NCBI RefSeq assembly: GCF_964204645.1
Contig: NC_134032.1
Span: 9,102,275-9,166,274, forward strand
DNA: 64,000 nt
Direction of reading: 5' to 3'
From: Tubulanus polymorphus
Taxonomy: Eukaryota > Animalia > Nemertea
The notes under the pieces are model-generated. The model worked only from the letters and a program-made list of their open reading frames with translations. It was not told where the DNA came from and ran no database searches. Position numbers and translations under genes: made by a program. This document shows, one piece after another, positions 35,776 to 48,800 of the stretch. Each line of letters starts with the position of its first letter. Position 1 is the first letter of the stretch.

Positions 35776-36379
35776 ACCACTGCCGAAGTTCTTAAATCTC
35801 ATCACATCGTCATGAGATGTACTTCTTTCTTCGCTTTCTTGTACTTTTTCGGTCTCCTCAAAGTTTCTTAGCACAACTTTAAATTCAAAGAACGTAACCT
35901 CTTTGTCCTTTTGTGTGATAAAAACTGAAAAAGTTTTATATGAAACCGGTAATCCTTTGTGGACCATAGCGACAAGTAAACTGTCCGAAATATTTTCTCC
36001 AGCCGTTTTAAGGGCTGTTGAAGCAGTCTCGGCGCGTAACATATAATCTGTGACACATTCCTCTTGCCCTTTCTTTAACGAAGTCAGTTCATGGTAAAGT
36101 CCGATAATTTTAAGCGTTCCTTTCGATTTATAGTGTTCCCGTAAGATTTCTTGTGCTTTACAGCCGTCGTCTATCGCATCCCGTATTACAAGGGACAGAC
36201 TCCTGTCGTCCAAACAGTTTATCAGTGCGGCGTAAGCTTCAGCATTTTTATCTTGATCGGGCTTCTGCCCTGCTGGCAGAAATATCGTATCATGAAGTTT
36301 CTGTAATCTCAAATAACCTAGAAACTTCGCTTCCCACAGTTCATAACGCTATTCGTCACCATCAAACACCAGATTACGC

Positions 36380-36617
36380 CTGGGCCCATTACCTGTTGAT
36401 GTGGAGGCCATAGTGTCCAATGATGGAAATAATTTGTGGGGCTAAAATTCAAGAGACAAACGCTGTTGTTCTTTACTATACTATAATTATAACTAAACTT
36501 TATTCATCAGTTTCTCATCATCATGGGATATCACAGGATCTTGAGTCATGCAATTCCACGTAAGGTAACCACAAGAATGTCCAATACAGTTACAGCACAT
36601 CATGTTTATAGTCAACA
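36380..36617 (-). mobile_element. Amplified copia 5' LTR plus PBS (LTR copies also at 47589-47812, 51444-51667, 55365-55594)
   Basis: LTR nearly identical to 29013-29249; PBS GGTAATGGGCCCAG resembles the copia-type half-tRNAiMet PBS; followed by TSD cactt. Confidence 0.92.
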
Positions 36618-39596
36618 CACTTTTCGTCCGTCGTTTGTTCGTCCCTCTCAAAATTGTAGCTGCTAACATGTCCTATGATTGTGGTGAGTTCAAGGTCATT
36701 GGTTATTGTATATGGTCACCAGGGGCATTGAATAGTGAAATTGTTAGATTGTTGAGCATTTGAAACCACTTCCCAAGTGGGCATGGTGTCCCTGGACCCC
36801 TAGTTTCGATTCCCTGAAGATGGTTTATTTCAGCGATACTGGACGTTTACCATGTCGATGAACGACAGTTCATTGGTCCGGGTTTTTTTAAAGTTGTGCA
36901 CATTTCCGATCCTTCGCACGTGACTATTTGTGAGCCCAGCCTACACTTATATTTTTACATTCCTCAAACTATCGAGGTGATTGTTATCCTCCTCTTGTAG
37001 AACTTCCTGTACGGTTGTGCGATAATGGTTTCCTCCTTATGTATATATCTTCAGCCTATGTAATTCCTCCGTCGCGACCGATCTAGGCTCATTGAGGTCC
37101 TTCTTGTCGACAAGACATGGAATTATGGTGGAATGTTCATTAGGCATACTGCGCAGTTGCCGCTTTATATCATTCACCCATTTCTGGTCGATGGCTCTAC
37201 ATCATAAATTTACCGGAGGTTCGCACAAGCACATAAAGCTAACGGTAAATCTGCCTGGAAATATGGAAAATTAATTTTGTTACAATCAACACTTGCATAA
37301 TTCAGAACAAGAAGCGACATAGATATTTCGTTGGCCCATCTATTTCCAGTATCTTGTTCCTTTCTAAGAACAGCACAGTCCCTGTGGTTGGAATTGTAGG
37401 TCACATTGCATCGTGCTTTTTCTTTCGCCAACCAGTTTTCGATTAGATCCTATTAGTTGAATATCACCATGTTGTGACAGAACTATAAAAAAATACTCAC
37501 AGCTAACCGTAACACAATGCCTTTTAACAATTTTGATGATGCGATGGTATGTTTTGTTCTATTCGGACAACCATTATTTACAAATCCTTCGTATTTTGGC
37601 CGTAGAAATGTAGTAGTCAAATCTCCATCAACCCACACCATTTTTGCGTCGGCAAACTTGCCTCCTGACATCAATTTCAGGCAGTTATTCAGCTTGCTAA
37701 ATACTGGTCGGTTTTCATTTTTCATCTTCTCTTGAAATTTCGGCTGTTCCAGGTACGTAAGGTAAACAATCGTCATAAAGTTATCGATGGGGCATGTGTT
37801 TAGCAGTTGAATGCCAGTACTCAGTGTCCCACCCCAGGATGGCACATTCGGCAATTTACTGCTGCTCTTCGAAATTGTACCAATAGTGCCACTGGTAAAT
37901 TTCAGATAAGTCACTGTCTTGCGGCTTCCGACAGTTAACTTGGATGCCAGGAATAACCTCCAGGATTTCGTTACAACTTGTAATTATCGGCACCATACAG
38001 GATTTGCGCCTTTCCCCGGGCTTGCTGATATCCTTCACTCGCGTTGAATTAGTTAACGTATCTGCAAAGAGACAATCATGATTAAAATGAGTTCATTCAT
38101 TTATTATGTACGCATAAAATTTGAATTTTCCAACCCCCCTCCCCCTCTGTACGCAAAATTGGCCATTTTTTCATATACATTAAGCATTAAAGTACGCAAT
38201 TACACTGACCCCTCCCCCTCCCCTAATGCGTACGTAATAAATGAATGATCCCAATGCAGTATTCACGAAAATACTCACAGACCATCATGCACCCCAGGCA
38301 ATAGAAACCTTCAAAGGTGATACCTTGTTCCTCATCACATCGCAGGGCCGCTCACGTCACTCCCAAAAGCCTAAATTAAAAGAACAAATTCACGCCCAAA
38401 CCCACACCAGACGTGTTTATGGTCGGCGGCTTCTTCTTTTTAAAGTGATGACATGTTGTACAGTAATCTTTTTTGACGCCTTATGAAGGCTACCATTATG
38501 AAACCTTAACAATGTTAACCATTCAGCGTCGTTTTACAAATCATAACCGTAAATCGATGTGCAAAACGTCACAGGTTTATGTGTACACATAATAGCTATT
38601 TGGCAAAATATTATTGACAAAGATGTAGAATGTCTTCCTGTGATTATATAATGAGCCCTATTTGAACGTCGAAATATTATATTGCATTGAATATCATGGG
38701 AAGACGTATTGTGATAGTGAAGCAACTGTACATTTAGTTTATTATCTTTCATAACTTCCTCCAATAATGATATGTAATTTAGCGAGTGCGCATTCAATTC
38801 AACAGAAAAATCATCTTAAATTTTACGTATTATTTGAAGTGACCCAAACTATCATTTCGTTCAAAAAAGTCATCGACTGTCTCGCCTTTTCTTTGTGAAG
38901 GTCTCGAAAAGTCAGTTTCTTTTTGAAGCCGCCTTAAAGAAAGAATGTGATTCAAACTGTTTCCTAAACGATTCAATTATTTGTGAAAATTCTCGAAATT
39001 AACAAATCATCAAAGAATCGATGAGCAGGCGATTCCCTTCAGGTACTAAAATATAAATTGTTTCTTTTGCTCGTCCGACCAGCCTCTAGCGTCAGTGTAA
39101 TATCCTTCAGTTCTGACTAAGGTAATAAACCACTAATTAGCTTCCGTCATATGCGTGTTATTACTGCTTTTGTTTATTTAATCTTCTCAGACTCAGGAGT
39201 ACAAATCTCAGATCACATTCTTTACGTTACATATAGACATCACACAAGATCCGACGTCAAACAGTAAACTACGATTGACTAAAAAGACAAGAAATGAAAA
39301 CACACTAAGAAAAATACTAAGTAATCAACTCACGAATAATCAAGTCTAGTAATAGACCGGCTGGCTCCATTTATTCAAGTGAAGAGGGGAATACCTGTTT
39401 ATGCCTTCATTTGATTGGTATTATGGCACGCATACAGGATCGGAACTTCTGCCGAGGCGCAGCCTGCTAGTTTGGCCCCTGGGGGCAATATTTTAGACCC
39501 AAATTGAAGGCTTTATTCAAGTTTTGGAAGGAATGAAAAAATCCATGTTATTATGATTCATTGTATGCCTGCCATGGATTTTCTGCTACTGACAGA

Positions 39597-40560
39597 AATT
39601 TTTGCTTGCTACAAGCCCGGGACAGAAGCATTTTAGGGGGTCAGCAATACGTGTTAATTCAAGTGAAAAGAGGAATGAATGATTTTTCTTTCAAAGTGAA
39701 GTTTATACACCAGAACAATAAAAAATGCCCATGACTGAAATTTTCTGGTGATAGTTTGTCTGGACAGAAGCCCCAAAGTGCCACACCCTGGCCCACATGG
39801 ATTTATACAAGTCTATTGAGGAATGGTTGAAATAAGTTTTATTCAAACAGTATATATCAGATATACATGAAATTGGGTTTAACAGACATTTTTGCTTGCT
39901 ACAAGCCCGGGACAGAAACATTTTAGGGGGTCAGCAATACGTGTTTATTCAAGTGAAAAGAGGAATGAATGATTTTTCTTACAAAGTGAAGTTTATACAC
40001 CAGAACAATAAAAAATGCCCATGACTGAAATTTTCTGGTGATAGTTTGTCTGGACAGAAGCCCCAAAGTGCCACACCCTGGCCCACATGGATTTATACAA
40101 GTCTATTGAGGAATGGTTGAAATAAGTTTTATTCAAACAGTATATATCAGATATACATGAAATTGGGTTTAACAGACATTTTTGCTTGCTACAAGCCCGG
40201 GACAGAAACATTTTAGGGGGTCAGCAATACGTGTTTATTCAAGTGAAAAGAGGAATGAATGATTTTTCTTACAAAGTGAAGTTTATACACCAGAACAATA
40301 AAAAATGCCCATGACTGAAATTTTCTGGTGATAGTTTGTCTGGACAGAAGCCCCAAAGTGCCACACCCTGGCCCACATGGATTTATACAAGTCTATTGAG
40401 GAATGGTTGAAATAAGTTTTACTCAAACAGTATATATCAGATATACATGAAATTGGGTTTAACAGACATTTTTGCTTGCTACAAGCCCGGGACAGAAACA
40501 TTTTAGGGGGTCAGCAATACGTGTTTATTCAAGTGAATAGAGGAATGAATGATTTTTCTT
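39597..40560. repeat. 290-bp tandem repeat (~3.3 copies) in the left Academ TIR
   Basis: Near-identical sequence with 290-bp period; only ~1.3 copies in the right TIR. Confidence 0.93.
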
Positions 40561-40725
40561 GTTTGCTAGATATGATTTATTCAAACTATAAAAAGTGTAA
40601 GCTTTCACGGAAATTCACATATCTTCAGAATAACGTAATAAGTCTCTTAATAGAGAAATTGTCATATTATGTACAAGTTTACATGTATAGCGGGCAAGTA
40701 TCAGTAAGTATAGCTTGATAACTTG

Positions 40726-43700
40726 TTAGTCACAATCATCATCATCACTGTCACTCTCACTGTCACTCGTCCATGGAGTATCTTCCAAAAGATCTAATTC
40801 TAAGCTAGTTTCATTCTCATTTCCATCGTCATCATCGTCAATGTCTGTGTCTGCATCATATACGTCAGAAAATTCATCTGAAATACCGGTAGCACTTTCT
40901 GTAGTAGGTTCTTCTGAAAGTTTCTCTGGAAGAGCGTTTCCTTCATACCAGTATGGTAAATAGTTACCATCGTCATTGAACCATCCGTAGTTCAACGGGT
41001 TAATTCCACTGGTTGGATTTGCTGTACTGGCTCGTCTCCACAGAATAGCAATGTAGTTTACTCGCAACAGATGCTGGTCCAGGCTTTTCTGACATGGAGG
41101 TAGAGATGCACAATTTATCTTTTTCACCTTTTCAGTCATCTTACCACCTGATGTCATTTTTATGAAGCTCTGATATCTTGCCTCATTGATGTCATTCAAG
41201 TTCTTGAATCCATAAAGTTTGCAAATGAACTTACAAACTGCAGCTTTGTCAATGTTGTCAGTGGTAAGAGATTGGAGGGCTGCAACAGCGCTTTTATCAT
41301 GTTCCAGTTTTGACAAAGGAATGGCCTTTCCCTTCCGATAGAATGATGACGTAAAATCGCAACCAGTTAGAGCATGGAATGCAATCATAGATTCCGCAAG
41401 CCCAGGCTGCTTTGCATTAAGACTCCTTGCAATGCCTGATGCATCAATATAACGGCGGTTATTGGCTGAACCATAGTCCATGACGAGACGTATATCAGGT
41501 ATCTTCTCTGCCACGGATATGAGAAGCACCAATACATCGGTATCAGATGACCTAATCAGAGTATTTCCAGTTGTTCTTGCAGCATGGAACACTATGAGTG
41601 TATCAGCTTCTTCGTGAGTTGCCTGGTACTGTTCTGGTTCTTCAGACTTCAGCATTCCCATCGAATTTACCCAAAGCTTCACACATTTTCCACCATGGGA
41701 CACAAAAACTGTCTTGTTGTCTATCACTGGACAAAAGTGCTCCTTCTTGAATTCAGACAATAAAAATGCTGCAAAAGCCTCTTTAAATGGGCCACTTTTC
41801 AGGAGATCAATGCCATTTTTCTGCTGTTGCTGTTCTGAACTGGTTATATTGAAGCTTTCGGTTTGGCCACCTCTTTTTTGTCGTTCACAGTCTTTTATTG
41901 AAGGTTGAGAGTAACGGTCGAGCAGGAGATGAACTGACAGGGCTTTAGTTCGACAAACCTTTACCATTACACTTCTCGCTATGGCACCATATGATGATGT
42001 ATTGTGTGTCGGTAGTACTTCATGTAAAAGTAGCCCACCATCAATCAGAAGTGTATCAATAGGTTCATTTGGATCGTATGATGTTTCAAGATACTTTTCA
42101 AGAACTTTTGTCAAATTGGCTTTTTCTGTTTTCGTAGGCATGCCATCAGTATGTGCTAAGCATAGTGGCACAATAGTAATTGGGAATTTCAGAATCTTCT
42201 GAAGATCGATGTTTTTTTCCATCGTAAGTAAGTGACCGAATGCATCGCGTACCCCTTCCGCGGTAGTCAGAGCTTTTTTCTCCCGAGTATTTTTTGGTTT
42301 CAGATTTTCTGCTGCAAAATTCGACACTTTTACGCGCTTAACCTTCTTTAGCATTCGCGTGTTGCTTCCTGTGCATTCATCATAGAACTGTTTCTTGAGT
42401 GCTGCACCACGATTTAGAACACCAGTCAAGTAGTCTACAGTTGCTTTGTTAGCTATTTTTCCGGTGGCCAAATTCACCAATTGTGTTGGCGAGCTGTTTT
42501 CAAATGGATTGCACGTTTTCGCTAGGTACTCTTGAAATGATTGCATGTCTTTGTTATCGCGTCGAATCCTGTGTTTTGTCCGTTGTTTCATGGGAGCTTC
42601 TCCAGCTTCAATGCCACTTTGTGTTTTAAGTTCAGAAACTGCAAGGCTTCTCTGGGTAAGTGTCACACACCACCGCCGAAATGCTGAATCGGAATTCCCG
42701 AAGTGTGTTATTCCTGTCGAAGATGAAGCAGCATCCCGATTTACTGTCTGCTCAAGAGTGATGTCGATTGGTGCCCGTGAGTAGGAGTTTTTTGTCCGTC
42801 TAGTTGAAAATGCGCCCGCTTTTAAAACATCTAATGCAGCTGGCTCAAGTTTTCTCAGGTTCTCCAGAAACCATGTCCCCCAACGAGCGTAATTGGGCCG
42901 ATTGAGAGCGAAGAAGATTTCCACTAATCGTGGAAAAACAGTTATGTACAGATTGACATCATTCATGCGAACAGCACGCTGGATTTCTCTATATACACGG
43001 TTAATCAAGTAAATGTAAATAGCCCAGAACGCAGCAGTGCTGCCGAGTTTTCCCTCAATGACCGACTTCAAAAACGTCTCAAAGTCGATTGTTAATACAT
43101 TGAAGTCTTTGTGGTCTGCAATTTCAACCAAGAAGTCTTTATCACTGGTGGAAGCAGCCTTGAGTGTTTCTATTATATGAATATATTTGTCAGAATTTTC
43201 AGCTTCCAAGAGGAATCGTTCAAACAAAGCTTTTTCGAAACATCCCGCAATAATTTGGTGAAGCCGCGTTCATCTATTATAAAACTTCCCCTTCACAAAG
43301 CCATTTAACGATCCTTCGGCTAGAATTCCTGATTCTGTCATGAGATACTCTAAGCCTGATTCAGCTATCATTGTCCCAATGGCACCAAAAAATGCTAGTT
43401 CTACATGAAAGTGGCCGAGTAAAATGATAAGTTTATCAAACTTTGGCTGATGAAGAACTTGTATCGAATATGCCTTAAGAGCAACGGCAAGATCATAGGT
43501 TACAGGATGGTAAGGCATACCTGATTCTTCTGCAACTAGCATTGATCGGTTCATTGTCTCATAAACGACGTCATTTCGAGTTGGTGACTGTGAAATTGGG
43601 TCAAGGTAGGCTACAGCAGTAATGGGCAAATGGTCTTCAACAAACATTGAGAAGAACCCGTTAAACATTGGAATATCTTTATAAACTGAAATGGCTAGCC

Positions 43701-45895
43701 ATAAAATATCCAAAGTTTTTGCTGTCTGGAGTTTCGTCGAATCATCTTCTTCGTGTGCTTTACTGAAATCAAATTTTGCCAGTTTAAGATTGCTGTGAAA
43801 TGGTGGAATTGTTTTCACTGGTCCATCATATCTTCTCCTTGGTCGGACAGATGTTGACTCACTGTTCTCAAATCGAGCAGTCGGCTGGCCAATATCATCA
43901 GGAGGGATATTCTGGTAAGCTATTCCGACTGTCACATGCAGGCTAGCTTTGCCATCGAGCGTTTCAATGTTTAAATCATAATTGTCCCACGCTGTACCTG
44001 AAATAAGAAGGCAGAAATCGAATTATTTCTCCCATCTCCGATCAATGATCAGTTCCAAACGAGACAGAAATTCTTTCTAAAACACTGCTTACCTGTTGCC
44101 AGGTATGGAGCAAGCTTTATTCCTGCGGGTGTCTCTAAGTTTCTTGAGCTACACGTGTATGCCAGCTCAGTCTCTATTCGTTTGCACTCATCGTAGCTGA
44201 TTGAATGACCATTTCGGTTGAGAATTTTGAGAGTAGTTTTTGATCCCAGCATTGATGACAACCCTAATCCAAGGAATGTGCTCTTCCAAGGACGAACAGC
44301 ACCACGTGTTGTCGAAAAAACCGCATCAGATGAAAGAGCTTTTGCTCTTCTTTCTACATTTTGGTTCATGCTACTTGAGAGACCATTAAGAAGTGTTTGG
44401 AAAAATGTCTCCGTTAGTGGTGGTATATCTGGAGCTGATGATTTTAAACTTTCAATTGACGTAGGCACAGGTAACTTTGTTTTAGCCATATTTAGCATTT
44501 CTGAACGCAAAGTCATAGCTGTGCTTCTAACGCTTTCATATAATGGAATCATATTCTGAAGTTTGGATTTTGCTATTTCGAACTCCAATTCACAGTTATA
44601 GACGAAGTTGCCTTTTTCGATTGCATTCTTTTCCAATAACAATCCTGTCCCCAAATCTATTTTTCAGCTTTTCAGTTAAGTTTTGGTAAGTGTACGAGTC
44701 GAGATCAGCCCTGAGTCCACCCTCAGAGATATACAATTCCTTATACAGCTCCATCAGATGAGATACATATTTTGGGCACTTCATTTCAAGTACCTCAGTT
44801 TCAATAAGGTCTGATAAACTAGAAAATGCTGCCTCATGTAGTTTTCTACCAGATGATTTTGAGACGGTGTGTTTTTCTTTAGTTTCATGCAGGAACTGGC
44901 GTTTACAAGAATTGTGATACTTCGCCTCGATTGCGACCAGGTCATCAGTTGCAAGAGACCTTATTCGCTGGCTTTGTTCATTTTCAGGATGTCTCAATGC
45001 AGCATCAATAATCTCTTTACTTGATTGTAGAGACTCGAATGTACACATTTTTTCTATGCTTCCATCTTTACCTCTAATTCTTTTTGTTTTATGAGGGCAG
45101 AAAATACATTTATCATGGAGGATGCCTTTGGAATTGGACCTTGGTAAGTCAGATGATGACCTAGTGGCTTTAGGTGGTGTGCATAAAGGCTCGCCTTGTG
45201 ATTCACTTTCCCTTTTCTTAGCACATTTGACAGCGGTAAATCTCCTATTGCACTCACTATGATAATGAAGTTCAAAGGAATCTGCGGTAGACAAGATATA
45301 TTTAGAGGCATCTTTGAAAACATCTCTCGGACGATTCAGGCGAACTTCAGCCGCTTTGCGTAAATTTTCTTGTGATTTATACACTCTGAGACCACTCGAT
45401 TCTTGTTCATTTTTATTGCAGATTACGCATTTCTGTAAATCGGGAATAAAGGCAACTTAACATTAAATGTTGAATAGTACGAGTTTTTGTATCAACGTTT
45501 AATTGCTGTGTCTCATGGTATCCATTGGCTCTCATTGGATGGACAAGGGATTATATAATCTATAGATAATATTTAAAAAATTTATGTTTTCTAACATGTT
45601 TTTCAAATTTTAAAAACTCTGTGTACCTTAACGCCAACGAGCACATTAGTGGCAATAGCATCTTCGATTCTCCCAGCCTGATCTGATGCTGCTTCAGACG
45701 AAGATATTGCGGACAAGCCCTGAAATTAAAAGCTTATATTGCATATATCTCGCTTATCTTAACTTTATAAAAAATGAGATTCAGGGGGGATATTTTCAAC
45801 TGATGGGTTGACCTTACCTAATAGATAGGTTATATTTCTAATTTAACATGTTTGATTTCTATACTTACAGTTATAAAGCTTTCTTCAAGATCCAT
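40726..45895 (-). pseudogene. Academ transposase with XPG/FEN1-like nuclease domain; exons 45895-45869, 45719-45627, 45432-44093, 43997-40726 (~1576 aa when repaired)
   Basis: Phase-consistent GT-AG introns; splicing builds ATGTAWDNYD..ETLDGK..HVTVGIAYQ; TYDLA, LGHFH, NYARW, LEQTVNR, HEEADT, DTDV, HALTGCD. Lesions: frameshift in an A5 run near 44615 and in-frame TGA at 43270-43272. Confidence 0.9.
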
Positions 45896-48800
45896 TGTTT
45901 CTGACCATGTTATGGCTATAGGCTACTATATATTAACCATGTAGAGTCGGGGTGTAGAGTAAAGCACACTAATCACAAAAGTTTTATTGACTGTTTGGCC
46001 TTGTTTTAACATCTGGCAGAACATATTTCAATATTGTGCTGTATGAACTTCATTTTGGAAAAAAAAACATTCATTCCTCTTTTCACTTGGATAAACACGT
46101 ATTGCTAACCCCCTAAAATGCTTCTGTCCCGGGCTTATAAGCAAGTGAAAATGTCTGTTAAACCCAATTTTATCTACTACTTATATAAACTGTTGAAGCA
46201 AAACTGATTTCAACCATTCCTCAATAGACTTGTATAAATCCATGTGGGCCAGGGTGTGGCACTTTGGGGCTTCTGTCCAGACAAACTATCACCAGAAAAT
46301 TTCAGTCATGGGCATTTTTTATTGTTCTGGTGTATAAACTTCACTTTGAAAGAAAAATCATTCATTCCTCTTTTCACTTGAATAAACACGTATTGCTGAC
46401 CCCCTAAAATGCTTCTGTCCCGGGCTTGTAGCAAGCAAAAATTTCTGTCAGTATCAGAAAATCCATGGCAGGCATACAATGAATCATAATAACATGGATT
46501 TTTTCATTCCTTCCAAAACTTGAATAAAGCCTTCAATTTGGGTCTAAAATATTGCCCCCAGGGGCCAAACTAGCAGGCTGCGCCTCGGCAGAAGTTCCGA
46601 TCCTGTATGCGTGCCATAATACCAATCAAATGAAGGCATAAACAGGTATTCCCCTCTTCACTTGAATAAATGGAGCCAGCTCCCGGTCTATAAGACCAGG
46701 AAACGTCCTATAACCTTAAGGGTATCAGCCTCTGTCATGCGAGTGCCAATCTCGAAAACCAGTGATACAACTCTCTCAGGAGATTTACACAGAAAAAACA
46801 TACGTCAATATAGCCTATACATCCTAAACAAACAATGGAGAATGCACTCACCGACAGTGAAGCCTCAAGAACTGAGGGTAAAAATAATATATTGGGCAGG
46901 TCACGAACAACGTACCGGACGTAAAGTAAAATAGAGTAAAACCAAATGGTTAGGAAAATAAGGTCGCTACAACCACTGCCGAAGTTCTTAAATCTCATCA
47001 CATCGTCATGAGATGTACTTCTTTCTTCGCTTTCTTGTACTTTTTCGGTCTCCTCAAAGTTTCTAGCACAACTTTAAATTCAAAGAACGTAACCTCTTTG
47101 TCCTTTTGTGTGATAAAAACTGAAAAAATTTTATATGAAACCGGTAATCCTTTGTGGACCATAGCGACAAGTAAACTGTCCGAAATATTTTCTCCAGCCG
47201 TTTTAAGGGCTGTTGAAGCAGTCTCGGCGCGTAAGATATAATCTGTGACACATTCCTCTTGCCCTTTCTTTAACGAAGTCAGTTCATGGTTAAGTCCGAT
47301 AATTTTTGGCGTTCCTTTCGATTTTGAGTGTTCCCGTAAGATTTCTTGTGCTTTACGGCCGTCGTCTATCGCATCCCGTATTACAAGGGACAGACTCCTG
47401 TCGTCCAAACAGTTTATCAGTTCGGCGTAAGCTTCAGCATTTTTATCTTGATCGGGCTCCTGCCCTGCTGGCAGAAATATCGTATCATGAAGTTTCTGTA
47501 ATCTCAAATAACCTAGAAACTTCGCTTCCCACAGTTCATAACGCTATTCGTCACCATCAAACACCAGATTACGCCTGGGCCCATTACCTGTTGATGTGGA
47601 GGCCATAGTGTCCAATGATGGAAATAATTTGTGGGGCTAAAATTCAAGAGACAAACGCTGTTGTTCTTTACTATACTATAATTATAACTAAACTTTATTC
47701 ATCAGTTTCTCATCATCATGGGATATCACAGGATCTTGAGTCATGCAATTCCACGTAAGGTAACCACAAGAATGTCCAATACAGTTACAGCACATCATGT
47801 TTATAGTCAACACACTTTTCGTCCGTCGTTTGTTCGTCCCTCTCAAAATTGTAGCTGCTAACATGTCCTACGATTGTGGTGAGTTCAAGGTCATTGGTTA
47901 TTGTATATGGTCACCAGGGGCATTGAATAGTGAAATTGTTAGATTGTTGAGCATTTGAAACCACTTCCCAAGTGGGCATGGTGTCCCTGGACCCCTAGTT
48001 TCGACTCCCTGAAGATGGTTTATTTCAGCGATACTGGACGTTTACCATGTCGATGAACGACAGTTCATTGGTCCGGGTTTTTTTTAAAGTTGTGCACATT
48101 TCCGATCCTTCGCACGTGACTATTTGTGAGCCCAGCCTACACTTATATTTTTACATTCCTCAAACTATCGAGGTGATTGTTATCCTCCTCTTGTAGAACT
48201 TCCTGTACGGTTGTGCGCAAATGGTTTCCTCCTTATGTATATATCTTCAGCCTATGTAACTCCTCCGTCGCGACCGATCTAGGCTCATTGAGGTCCTTCT
48301 TGTCGACAAGACATGGAATTATGGTGGAATGTTCATTAGGCATACTGCGCAGTTGCCGCTTTATATCATTTACCCATTTCTGGTCGATGGCTCTACATCA
48401 TAAATTTACCGGAGGTTCGCACAAGCACATAAAGCTAACGGTAAATCTGCCTGGAAATATGGAAAATTAATTTTGTTACAATCAACACTTGCATAATTCA
48501 GAACAAGAAGCGACATAGATATTTCGTTGGCCCATCTATTTCCAGTATCTTGTTCCTTTCTAAGAACAGCACAGTCCCTGTGGTTGGAATTGTATGTCAC
48601 ATTGCATCGTGCTTTTTCTTTCGCCAACCAGTTTTCGATTAGATCCTATTAGTTGAATATCACCATGTTGTGACAGAACTATAAAAAAATACTCACAGCT
48701 AACCGTAACACAATGCCTTTTAACAATTTTGATGATGCGATGGTATGTTTTGTTCTATTCGGACAACCATTATTTACAAATCCTTCGTATTTTGGCCGTA

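Larger units (their letters stand above)
39353..46690 (-). mobile_element. Academ (AcademX) DNA transposon, full length
   Basis: TAGACCGG..CCGGTCTA termini; TIRs of ~490 bp near-perfect and ~620 bp in total; 3-bp TAA TSD confirmed against empty sites in sister units. Confidence 0.95.

Noticed and set aside
39703-40501. Three tandem 72-aa genes
   Set aside because: Incidental ORFs from the 290-bp TIR module.
40726-43227. Host XPG/FEN1 repair gene
   Set aside because: It is the 3' part of the transposase reading frame, enclosed by TIRs and a TSD.
43270-43272. Selenocysteine or readthrough at the in-frame TGA of the Academ transposase
   Set aside because: It falls where Cys is plausible, but a single substitution explains it, the gene has another lesion, and no SECIS was recognised.
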